Shown here piece after piece: positions 27,225-38,390 of a DNA stretch of 64,000 nucleotides. The position numbers and the translations under genes are program-made. How positions within the stretch are numbered: position 1 is the stretch's first letter; every line of letters begins with the position of its first letter. This DNA is from Octopus sinensis. Taxonomy: Eukaryota. The notes beneath the pieces were generated by a model that saw only the letters and a program-made list of their open reading frames with translations, did not search any database and had not been told where the DNA came from. The stretch covers positions 58,838,001-58,902,000 of the forward strand of contig NC_043007.1 of assembly GCF_006345805.1 (NCBI RefSeq), in the 5' to 3' direction.

Positions 27225-28054
27225 TACAAGGTGTTTGGGATAAATCTAACCATTATTTATGTCTGCTTTTTTTCAGTCCGTTGGAAAGCCTAAAGACTAA
27301 AGTTGCAGCTGAGAAAGTCAACTGACATGAAAAACTAGAAGCCATCTGAATCTTGAAAAAGAGTTACCTGTATCTTGATGATTTGTTGCAGCTATCAAAA
27401 TGCTGGCGTCATGACTTCTGCTTAATGCTCTGTGAACCGTAAAGGCTTTAAAATGTGACCAACAGTGGCCAGTAGGAAGGAATACTACAGACGTTCTGAA
27501 CCTTCTGCATGCTGAACTTCATCCCCACAACTTTGAACAGGGACTTAGGCTCAATTTAGACGGCTATGTGAAGCTGTTGGAGACTGGTTGGAGAGGGTTG
27601 CTGCTAGAAGGCTATATGCGTGGCAGCATGATTCGGATCCTTACAATGCCTACAGAAAGAGTCAGAAGTGGTTAACGGAGAATTTCTACGACTTCATCAG
27701 CCTCAATTTTTGGCCTCCTAATTCCCCAATGGTAATCCGATGGATTGCTATGTGAGGGATGATCGAGAAAGTGACCAACTATTCTGTCTGCAATACCAAG
27801 GCCGAGCTGGTGGCCAAGATCAAGGAAGTGTTTGAAGATCTTCTCGGGGACACAGGGAGGAACGTATGCACTAGGTTCCTGAGCCATCTTTAGGCCATGA
27901 TGGAAGCTGTGGGTGGCTACTTTGAATAAACTGTTATCTCCCAGCCTCAAGTTGATATATTTTGATATTTTAATATACCTCTATTTTTGGATGGGATATT
28001 GTGTTTTCTTTTTCTTAAATGCAAACTCTCAAATTTAGCCTGCATATCCTGTGT
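27225..28054 (+). mobile_element. Internally deleted Tc1/mariner of DD37D (maT/mori) type
   Basis: WQHDS...FWPPNSPxxNPMD gives 37-residue D-D spacing after one frameshift correction; TA-CAGGGTG-like TIR remnants. Confidence 0.78.
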
Positions 28055-28490
28055 ATAAATGTGTATGTATTTTTTAAAAACCTGGTACTTATTCTATCAG
28101 TCAGTTTTTGCTGAAATGCTAAGTTATGGAAATGTAAGCAAACCAACCAGTGATGGTGGGGGACAAACACAAACACACAAGTGCGTGCGCAAACACGTAT
28201 ACATAAGACTCAGTGGTTCGGCAAAAAAGAGTCCAATAGAATAAGTACCAGGCTTAAAAGAATAACAAATATTAGGATTGATTTGTTCAACTAAACCCTT
28301 CATGGCAGTACTTCAGCATGCCCACAGTCTAATGACTGAAACAAGTTAAAAGATAAAAGGTTGCTACCTACCTACCTACTTGTATATAGGTATGTGTATA
28401 TATACTGTACACACACACACATATCGTCAGTGTATATTCTGGAAAAAAGCATACTTTAAAGCCAAGAGCAGTAATGTATATTCAGTTAAG

Positions 28491-28605
28491 TATATATCCG
28501 GTCATAGAGTGACCAATGGTTTCACATCCATTAAGAGTTAGTTGTCCATGAGGCTAAGCCTTTTATGGATGTGAAATCATTGGTCACTCTATGACCAGAC
28601 ATATA
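28491..28605. repeat. Short foldback/MITE hairpin (~38-bp arms, ~27-nt spacer)
   Basis: ggtcatagagtgaccaatg.tttcacatccat and its reverse complement; TA-rich flanks. Confidence 0.85.
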
Positions 28606-28663
28606 CATAACTGCACACACACACACGTGTGTGTATACATACATACACATATATATATATATA

Positions 28664-29954
28664 CGAGGGACGTTCAATAAGTAATGCCTCTGACCCACTT
28701 GCAGTTGTTTGATCTAGCTGAAATTTTGCATGTGCAATCATTTATATCTCTATAGAGTAAGTGGCAAATTACAGCTCTGAAATTAATTGTGGTTTCTGAT
28801 TTACAGGTGTTTGAACCGAGTCAAGTGTGAAATGGAGCCTGTTGAGTGTCGAGCAGTGATCCGGTTTTTGTATTTGAAAGGACGCACACCACGGGAGACT
28901 TTTGATGAAATGAAAGTAACTTATGGTGATGATGCCCCATCATATGACCTTGTAAAACGCTGGCATCGTGAATTCAAACATGGTCGGAGCTCTGTGGAAA
29001 CAGCTCCCAGATCTGGTCGCCCCTTCTGCCATTGATGAGGCATCTGTCCGTCAAGTTGAGGCTGCCATTTTGGAAGATCGACGCATAATTATTCGCCAAA
29101 TAGCCCATGAGGTCAAGATTAGTACCGGGTCTGTGGAAACTATCATTCATGACCATTTGCATATGCAAAAGGTGTCTGCCAGATGGATTCCCAAGTTGCT
29201 CACGCCTTTCCAGAAGCAAGAACGCGTCGAGTGCTCGAGGGTGAATTTGGAGATGTGCCAAGAAGATGAGTCAAAATTTTTCAAAAGACTGATTACACAG
29301 GATGAAACCTGGGTCCATCACGATGATCCAGAGACCAAAGCCCAGTCAATGCAGTGGAAGCACCGTGACTCACCCCCTCCAAAGAAGGCAAGGGTGCAGC
29401 CCTCCGCTGGCAAGGTCATGCTCACAGTCTTCTGGGACCAGGACGGGGTAGTAATGACAGATTTCCTGGCAAAGGGTACCACAATTGCAGGAGCTTATTA
29501 TGCTTCACTTTTGAGGAAATTAAGAGAAGTTATCAAAATCAAGAGGCGGGGCAAGATCAGCAAAGGCATCCTCCTCCTGCAGGACAACGCTCCGGTCCAC
29601 AACTCGCTTGTCGCCAGATCAGAAGCACAGGCGTGCGGCTATGAACTCCTCCCCCATCCCCCTACTTTCCTGACCTTGCACCCTCTGATTTTCACCTCTT
29701 CCCAGCCATGAAGTTGTTTTTGAAAGGAAAGCGTTTCCCAGATGATGCAGCCTTGATTTCTGAAGTCATGTTCAGGTTGGAGAACCAAGCTGGGGTCTTC
29801 TACAAAAACGGTCTCTAGAGATGCATCAAACAATGGGAGAAATGCGTAACTCTGGGTGGTTCCTATGTAGAAAAAGACTAATAACTGTGCCAAGTTTCGT
29901 TGCTCTACTGCTATGGGAAGTGGGTCAGGGGCATTACTTATTGAACGCCCCTCG
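28664..29954 (+). mobile_element. Full-length 1291-bp mariner (D,D34D; irritans-like); transposase pseudogene from 28832 with 2 frameshifts and 1 stop
   Basis: 37-bp TIRs with 2 mismatches; TA target duplication; WIPKLL, TQDETW, QDNAPVH and (Y)SPDLAPSD motifs. Confidence 0.97.

Positions 29955-30032
<78 letters not shown>
29955..30032. repeat. (TA)n microsatellite
   Basis: Direct reading. Confidence 0.95.
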
Positions 30033-30033
<1 letters not shown>

Positions 30034-30088
30034 CTCACTCTCTATTTTGTATCACATCTAAACTATGACTTAACCATCCTCTCACACT

Positions 30089-30140
30089 GTCTCCGATGAA
30101 GGGATATAATAAATAAATGTCCTTGAAACAGCTGTAAGAC
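30089..30140 (+). ncRNA. Minimal type-I hammerhead ribozyme motif (Penelope-like context)
   Basis: GUCU/AGAC stem I; CCGAUGA core; 8-bp stem II; GAAA; palindromic ACAGCUGU stem III; GUA cleavage triplet. Confidence 0.7.
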
Positions 30141-30394
30141 CTTCTATCTATAAATGCTCTAATATCTACACAGCCTTGGTTTTTTATCTCATTACGCAAA
30201 AAATTCTTATATTCATATGCTGACATAGAACCAATGTTGAACCCCATATTCGCAAAATTACCGAATCTGGAACTTAACAATGGTCTGTCTATAGCACTTA
30301 TTCAGCATTACCTGACACCTTTGGGTCTCAATGACACCATTATCTCTTATAACCCCAACTTCTCGTTATACACACACACACACATATATATATA

Positions 30395-30792
30395 TACTCT
30401 TTACTCTTTTACTTGTTTCAGTCATTTGACTGCGGCCATGCTGGAGCACCGCCTTTAATCGAGCAACTCGACCCCGGGACTTATTCTTTGTAAGCCCAGT
30501 ACTTATTCTATCGGTCTCTTTTTTGCCGAATCGCTAAGTGACGGGGACGTAAACACACCAGCATCGGTTGTCAAGCAATTATAGGGGAACAAACACAGAC
30601 ACACAAACAAACACACATATATATATACATATATACGACAGGCTTCTTTCAGTTTCCGTCTACCAAATCCACTCACAAGGCATTGGTCGGCCCGGGGCTA
30701 TAGCAGAAGACACTTGCCCAAGATGCCACGCAGTGGGACTGAACCCGGAACCATGTGGTTGGTTAGCAAGCTACTTACCACACAGCCACTCC
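30395..30792 (-). mobile_element. Young, near-intact tRNA-derived SINE (family A)
   Basis: Intact tRNA-like head, retained CpGs, central (CA/TA) tract and (AAAGAGT)-type tail. Confidence 0.92.
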
Positions 30793-30819
30793 ATATATAT
30801 TTATTTATTTATTTAATGT

Positions 30820-32220
30820 CTAATTTCCATGCTGACATGAGTGGGATGGTTTGACAGGAGCTGGCAGGGCTGGGAGCCATACCAGGCTCCATTGTCTGCT
30901 TTGGAATGGTTTCTAGAGCTGAATGCCCTTCGTAACGCCAACCACTTTACAGAGTGTACTGGATGTACTTTTGATGTGGCATCAGCACTTACAGGATCAC
31001 CAAGTACCTTGCAAAGCAAAAAAATAAATAAAATAAATAAAATAAAAAGCAAACACCCTCCAGCTGGGAGTGGGGAGAGGTATTGGAGGTGGCTTTGCGC
31101 CAGTTGAGAGATTAAAAGTATAAAAAAGGGACAGAGATAGGTGTCTTGCTGTAGATAAATGGATTACCCAGTTGGAAGGGAAATGAGTGTGGGTTAGAAA
31201 GTAAGATAAGGCGAGAGATATAAGGAAGATGTGTTGGGACATAGCCTCGAAGGACTTTGTGGGTAGTGAGAATAGGGGAGGTGGTACAGAATTTTGGACT
31301 GGGTGAGAGAGCACAATAGAGATGATTATAGCAAATAATGGAGGGAAAACTTGGAGAGGCTCAGGGTTGCAGTAAATATATGAGGACATTGTGGATGATA
31401 GGTGATAAGTTTATTGTTAATGATTGAGAGCTGTGTGGTGGATGGGAGGAGGAGATGCAGAAAGAAGGTGACTGGCAGAGATATGTAACACAAACGTATA
31501 TATTAATCAAAGTGTACAAAATTATATATCCTTTTCGAGTGATCTTACCAATTGGTTTCACACTAGAGGTTCAACGGAGTGTTACGTTATAGTCTGATTA
31601 TGCAACATTGTACTCTTCAAAGGTAGCGTTATGGAACGAAATATAGCGACTACTCTCTATTGTTGGAGGTGAATAGACACATTCAGTTTATGGTTGCAGT
31701 GAGAAGGATGAAACGAATGAAGCAGGGGATTAAGTTAAGAGTTATGTCCCTTCGTACCAAACCTCGTCTCTAGGGTTTTTTTCTTGCAAGTCGGCAAGTG
31801 TTTGTGGGGAAATATGTGCGTATTTAAGGTCGGTGTTCTTGTGGAAGTGGATTGTGTGTAGTGGTACTATATGTATAGCCTTTGCGGAGTGGGGTTCTGG
31901 TATATATATTTGTGTTCGTTATTGTTGCAAATCGACAAGGTTAGTATGATCGGCCGTTATGGATATATATACTGTAAATTTCGATTAATATACCCACTCT
32001 ACTGACAGATATACGAGCTCATTTCCCTCGACTTATGAACACTTAGACAGATTAGATACATACACACGTACCCAGTATACATTGTAAAGCGCTCGGCGTT
32101 AGGAAGGGTATCAAGCAATAGAAACCACGCCAAAACAGATAATGGAGACTACTGCAGCTCCTGTCAAATTGTCCAACCCATGCCAGCATAGAAAATGGAA
32201 GTTAAATGCTGATAACAATG
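30820..32220 (-). repeat. Composite unclassified repeat (pyrimidine-rich segment plus RTE-type tails)
   Basis: Homology to 480-1340; the 31480-32070 part is CpG-rich with no recognisable ORF. Confidence 0.45.
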
Positions 32221-32561
32221 ATGAAATACATATTTACATCATGTATGTTAAAGTTTGGCATAGAGCAGTTGTCTTAACTTTAATGATTTATGTAGAATCG
32301 GAATAGTTTTATTTAAAAAGAAAAAATAAATCAGAAAAACTGAAATTTATGACCATATAACTAGGCTAGAAATTGATCCAACACATTTACTGAGAGTATA
32401 TTCTTCCTATCAATGATCTATTAATATTTTTTCCGCCATATTTTAGCGAGATAGAAGGTATTTTTCATCAGCAGAAATCCTCAAATGAGAACTTGTTACA
32501 ATATAATAAAGCATTTATATTCCGTATTATCCATCACGGGAGCTGTCAGGCCATGTTTATT

Positions 32562-32947
32562 ATATACTAGCAGTATCGCCCGGCGTTTCTTGGGTTTGTT
32601 TCGACCCTTTAGAATTGGAATTTTTGAAAAGTAAAAAGTTTGCATTATGTAGATTGTTATTCTCTTTAAGTGAACATTTTTCTGGTTGAAATACACCGAA
32701 AAATGGCGACACAGCAGTCAAAAAATCGTAAAACATAGGGATTTTCATAGAAAAAAAAGCACCTTTTTGATGTAAATAATTTTTGGCGTTAACATGGTCC
32801 GACTTGAATTTTTCATCTACGGAAGGAAGAGCAAGCCTTCTTCTATTTTAGTCAACTTGCGCCGCAGGGTCTCGGAGGAGATAGTGTTAGTTGAAGGCTA
32901 CCAAACCTACCATACACAGACAACTTCAGCTTTATATAGAGAGAGAT
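32562..32947 (+). mobile_element. Helentron-associated non-autonomous element (HINE/DINE-1-like)
   Basis: Starts atactagcagtatcgcccggcgtt...ggg and ends cagctttatatagagagagat, resembling HINE termini; no ORF. Confidence 0.55.
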
Positions 32948-33668
32948 TTACGACTGGGTGGATCGGATTATTAGACTTTTTTTTTTTTTTGCCTGAGGTG
33001 ACAATGCTAGTGAGGTGACTGGATGAACTGCTGACTTTCACCAGCCAATCTGTTAAATCCATTTAGGCACAACAATGTATTGAATTTATCATATGGCTAT
33101 ATTTTGAAGCACTCATCACCATATTAATCGCAATACAATAAAAGAACTCCCTTCATATTTGTTGCAGGAAGAGGCTAACAACTCATGGTATGTTTAAATC
33201 AGTTAATCTCTCTCTATCTAGGTAATTAGGCTTTTGAGACTTGACTTAGTCTCATGAGAAACATGGGTTTTTAGCTAGATAGATATCTATCTTATCTGGA
33301 CACATTAAAAGGCGTTTTCTTTTTTTGCGTCTTTTGTTTTTAAATGGAATGATAAAGCGCAAAAGATTCAAAAGAATATAAATATAAGTTTATTATATCG
33401 GTCTGAAATACAAAAATTTTCAGTGGGGAAAAAAGCATTAAGTTTTATAAAGTTAATATGTTTTCCGTAACAAGACAAGTGATACAGAGCAGTTCCAACA
33501 TAAGTCAAAAGTAGGCGTGGGTAAACTTCGTCGGGTCGTTAATGATTTCATACGAAAGCACCTCCAAACCTCTGACGTATATAGGGAAAGGGAAAATATT
33601 GTAAAGTGTCGATTTTCTGCAAAAGTGAAATCACCACAGGAGGGATCGAAGCCAAATCGCAGATTCAC

Positions 33669-33673
33669 TTCAT
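33669..33673 (-). CDS. SNRPD2: Candidate SNRPD2 first coding exon (ATG AA|gtgaat, giving MNALLQKPK...)
   Basis: Only ATG-NN|GT I found in a CpG-rich, promoter-like context; phase fits exon 2; A at -3. The donor is suboptimal and the implied intron is ~22.7 kb. Confidence 0.4.
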
Positions 33674-33959
33674 AGTTTTTGACGTCACTGCTTGTCTGGA
33701 TTAAGCACACGTGACTGCCCTGTTTTTTTCTCCAGACATAATATATCTAAAACTACATATTGCAATACGTTTTCTTTTAAGAAGCGATTTGGGAGAAGGT
33801 GGTTTTGGTTGTTATTTCTAGCGGGTTGAAAGGCCGTGTAGAGATTCCCTTTCTCACTTTCTCTTAATTACTCTGGCCAAACAGTTGAAGGCACGTCACA
33901 TATAAGGTCGTTAGACGCGCTGTTCACTGATTGGTTGTTCAACTGTCACGTGGGCGTCT

Positions 33960-34074
33960 CGTCCCGACTCCACTTTAACGCACATCGTTTCTTTCTGTTT
34001 TGATTTCTAATTGCGTTAGGGTTTTCCTCGTTTTCGGAGCAACATTCTTTATCGGCCCAGCAGTCATTTATTAG
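33960..34074 (+). other. FKBP2: Probable non-coding exon 1 of FKBP2
   Basis: Lies in the CpG-rich region and ends at a ttag|gtaatt donor; the next exon has an acceptor only 2 nt before the ATG, so an upstream UTR exon is needed. Start position is approximate. Confidence 0.55.
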
Positions 34075-36168
34075 GTAATTATACGCATCTATGATTCATT
34101 GATTATTAACTTTAATGAAACATTAACTACGATGCTCTGAATACTTAAGATGATATTTCTCCAGATGCAAAATTCACCGGTGTCCACCCATTAACAGTAA
34201 CATTTGTTTTAATTCTTAAATTTATTGAAAAACCAAATTATGGCGTGCGCTTTTTTAGAGTCGGCAGTAAATTCCCGGCAAGTTAAGCCGATTCCGCGAA
34301 CCCGTTTCGATTTTCGGCTGTAATTTTATTTACATCATCAATTTTTTTTAAGCACGTACATGATAGACTTTCATTTACCCTCTCATATAAAAACTAAGTA
34401 TTTGTCCCAATGTAAAAAAGATTATTTTACGGTTACATTAAACTCTTTAAAAAATTTTTTATTTTAAATTCAACCAAATTAAGTGCTTGTGTGGAAATCT
34501 ATATACATATCAAAGTTTGTCATTAAAAAAAAATAACAATTTATTTCTTGTTTTCTTATCAGTTTCAGGATTCAATTGTTTTCATTTAAAATGAAGTGCT
34601 TTCCCTACTTAACAGGTCAAATTTAAATGCTAAAACAAAACACAGAAAGGTGTGTGCGTGTGGGGGATCTGGTAATAGGAGCATATTTGTATGTGAAACA
34701 GAAGTTAATTGAAGTACACGTAACAAAAACGGGATCAGAATTTCCAATGATATCAATTTGTAATCTTAGGTATCAACAGATTTTGTGGAATCCACTGGAA
34801 AATATATATATATATAGTCAAGTCCCTCAACACACTGAATTACTGAACCCCTGCAGAAAGCATCGTCTTGTGCATTCTGATCTCTCCGAACTCAGTACTG
34901 CTAGCTCACTAAAAACTTAATCAACAGAAATGTTTCTAGCCTCTCCAAATCAAATCTATTCCGAGCTAGATGTACTGAGTGAGCGAGAGTTCTTGTTTAG
35001 CCCTAAGTCATCCCTGATAAAGCAGATCTATGATCAAAGGCATTCCAAGCGACGCTATCCCATCCCTTCTCGTGCATAGTACGCAATGCACCCGAATCAT
35101 GTTTTTCTATTTCTTTCTTTTTTTTTTTACTTTCAAACTGTTGAATTACGGTCATTTTGCTTGTTAAAATTTATAGTGGAATGTCACTAAAATTTAATGA
35201 AATAATTTTCTTTAAGCAACTACAGTAATAAAAATGGATGCAGGGTCTCTTGGTCATTCTAGTGCACATTTTGCCTCTTGTATTATAGAATTCAAGATGT
35301 GTTGGTTGAAGATCATCTTGTCATTTTTCTGTCAGAGGTGAACTGGTCTTTATCATAAAACTGGTAGTGTCATTTCAAGAGTTTGAAAATGATTTTTCTG
35401 TGCACATTTTGGAAGGGATAATGAATATGTACACACTGTACTGAGTAACTTCTGTGATCTGTAGAAATAGTGTGCACACCATTTCCTTGCACAGATTCTT
35501 TATTCTATTATCCTTCTACTTCTAATATTATATGTATAATCATTGTTGTTTTGTTCTTCCAATCACATCATGGACCTTAAAATCTGAAGATACATGCATT
35601 TTTGAAATGTGATGCTTTCAGTCTATTGAGGAAATATCATTATGAGATAGGTACAAAAATATTTCTCCAAGAAAAGTTCTTAATATGACAAACATCTGAC
35701 TAGCTAATAAGAAGGAAGAGGCTGAAATAGTTTGACCATGTAATAAGAAGGCCACATGATAATGGTCACTTTGTCATTCTGCCAAGATGTCCCAAACCCC
35801 AGATACCATAGTAGGTGACCTAAATAAAATGAACCTCACAGACCCATAAAAATACAGGGTTACTGTTAACAACAGCAGAGAGCAGAGCACCTGATTGAAA
35901 TGATGGCAAATAACCTGCTGGCAGGAGAGTAAGCAAATAAAAAACAAAGCAAAATGTAAAATGAAAACTTTACTATTTGTGTGTGTGTGTATATATATAG
36001 TAGTAGTAGTAAAATTACAACAAAGATGGAAAGCATCTAACAATGTGAAGTTAAGCAACCTTTATATAACCCATATACATATATGTCGCCAGACAAAGTG
36101 GAGTCAGTGGTGCCTGTTCAGTAATCAAACTGGCAGAGTCTATATAACTCACATTTCAGGGCCATTCA

Positions 36169-36206
36169 CTTCTGATGATGGGCCTTTGTGCCTGAAATAT
36201 ATAAAG
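36169..36206 (+). ncRNA. Minimal type-I hammerhead-like motif in FKBP2 intron 1
   Basis: CUU/AAG stem I; CUGAUGA plus an extra U; GGGC/GCCU stem II; GAAA; palindromic AUAUAU stem III; AUA triplet. Confidence 0.5.
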
Positions 36207-36689
36207 ATTACTTAATGCTCTCTTTTTTGCATTGTTAGAGCTGTCCATCTTCGTTATTTGTTGTTTTACTTCTTTATCACAATACTTCAATCAAACTAGA
36301 ATGCTTGGGTTTTCTATTAGCTCATGAAACTTGCATGAAGCCGAATCAAACTGTTTTAAATAATAATACAGGTAATTCCTACTAAATATGCTGAGTGCCT
36401 TTTATTTTGTTCTCTCATTTATATATATATGTGAATGGATATTGTCTCATGCTGGCTCCCTGTTTGCAGATAGAGCTCATCAATTAAGGAGCGTAGAGTA
36501 GGTTTAGAGCAAACAGTAGAGATTTGTCCATGGCACAAAACTCTTGAATCACTTTTGTAACTTTCTAGCAATTAAAAAATAAATATAGCCACTCATGTAT
36601 TGATTTCTATTTCTCCTGTTCTATGCAGCATTTATTTATATGTATAGTTATAACTAACAACTGGCAAAGTGACATTATAATCAGTTATA

Positions 36690-37790
36690 ACAAGGACAAA
36701 GAAGATGCTTTTGAAGTTATTGCAGGCATCAGATTGTTGGATCCGATCATGAAAATTATGGAAAGTTATAGCCCAATTAATTAGGAAGAGAATTAAGTTA
36801 GATGGGATGCAGTTTGGTCTTGTACCAAGGAGAGGTATGATTGATGATCTCTTTCCGGAAGTATTTAGCTAAAAGTAAGCCATTGCTCTTGGTATTCACT
36901 AACCTAGAGAAAGCTTTCCATCTGGTGGTCTCTAAGGAAGCTAGGAGTAAATGAATGGCTTGTGAGAGCTATACAAGCAATGCACAGATGTGCTGTCAGT
37001 AAGGTGCGAGAGAGAGTACAACAATTAATTTAGTGTACAGGTAAGTGTTCTCTAGGATTTGGTTCTCAGTCCCCTCCAATTTATCATAGTCCTCCAAGCC
37101 ATAACAGAGGTATTTAATACAGGTTACTTTTGGGAACTACTATATGCTGATGGGCTTGTTTTTGTAGCTGAATCTGTAGTAGAACTAGAAAAGAAATTCC
37201 AGGTGTCAATACAAAACCAGAGCTTTAAAATTAACTTAGTAAAGACCAAAGTTCTAGTTTGCAAGAGAAACAAGCTGGAACCTATGACTTTGAGGAAAAT
37301 GTAGGTGGAATCATAGGGAGGTTAACAGAGAAAGTGGACCTTATATGTGACAGATGTGCAAGAGCAATAAAAACTAAGAAAATATGGGATATAAATTTTT
37401 TCAAATGCCCAGGAGTTTCCCTAGAGTTAGTATATAATTTCTGTTACCTAGGTGAACTAATTAGCAGTAGAGGGGGATGTTCTGAAAATATAGTTGTTGG
37501 AATATGAACAGGATGGAGGAAGTTGAGAAAGCTATTACATCTGCTGGTCAAAAAGTCTTAAAGTGAAAAGTAGACTTTATGATGTTTGTATATGAATACC
37601 TATGCTAGATAGTAGTGAGATGTTAGAACTGAATGCAGAGGACATGTAAAGACTAGAAAGGAATGAAATGAAGCTAAGTACAATAAAGATCAAATGTGTT
37701 GAGAGAAAAATTGAGCATAAGAATTGTTTCGCTCAATTATAGTCCATGCCTGCATGGATAACAGGCATTAAATGATGATGATGATTGCAG
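36690..37790 (+). mobile_element. RTE-clade LINE RT/3' fragment in FKBP2 intron 1
   Basis: LSPLQFIIVLQAIT...WELLYADGLV; (GAT)n tail near 37775. Confidence 0.9.
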
Positions 37791-38049
37791 AGTAGGTGTG
37801 GGAAACCCGATATGGCCAGTTCAAATGCTAAACATTAATGGTGTCAATCTCACCAGTTTAGGAGGGCATGTGAAGACCATGAATGCTACCTCTTCTGAAG
37901 TGTGTGTGTGTGTAAGGCTCACCTTACATCTGGCGATTTGAAATTTTATATCCAGTCTAATGACTGGAAATGTGAATATATATATATATATGTGTGTGTG
38001 TATGTATATATGTATGCGTGTGTGCTTCTCATTGCCTTTGCAAGGTCCA

Positions 38050-38390
38050 CTGTTTAAAGGTTGTGCTTCACCACCTCATCCCAGGTTTACTTGAGTCTAC
38101 CTCTTCCACTGTTAGGATGTGACACTTCTTCACACAGCTGTCCTCATCCATATGTAACATGACCATACCAGCACAGTCATCTCCTTTGCACACCACATCT
38201 GATGCTTCTTATGTCCAACTTTTTTCTTAGGGCACTTACACTCTGTTGTGTATGCACACTGACATTACACTTCCAGTGGAGCATACTAGCTTCATTTCTT
38301 GCAAGCCTATGCATGTCCTCAACAGTCACAGCCCATGTTTCACTGCTGTGTAGCATAACTGGAAATATAAAAGTTTGTAATCTTTTCTTG
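38050..38390 (-). mobile_element. RTE-clade LINE 3' fragment
   Basis: MLHSSETWAVTVEDMHRLARNEASMLHW. Confidence 0.85.

Larger units (their letters stand above)
33440..34340. promoter_or_regulatory. CpG-rich promoter of FKBP2, possibly bidirectional with SNRPD2
   Basis: Strong local CpG enrichment against a CpG-poor background; TGACGTCA at 33680-33687, CACGTGAC at 33708-33715, GCACGTCA at 33891-33898, ATTGG at 33930-33934, GTCACGTGG at 33945-33953. Confidence 0.7.

Noticed and set aside
31480-32070. Possible Penelope ORF remnant linked to the 30089 hammerhead
   Set aside because: No RT or GIY-YIG motif recognised in the frames I translated; left as unclassified repeat.
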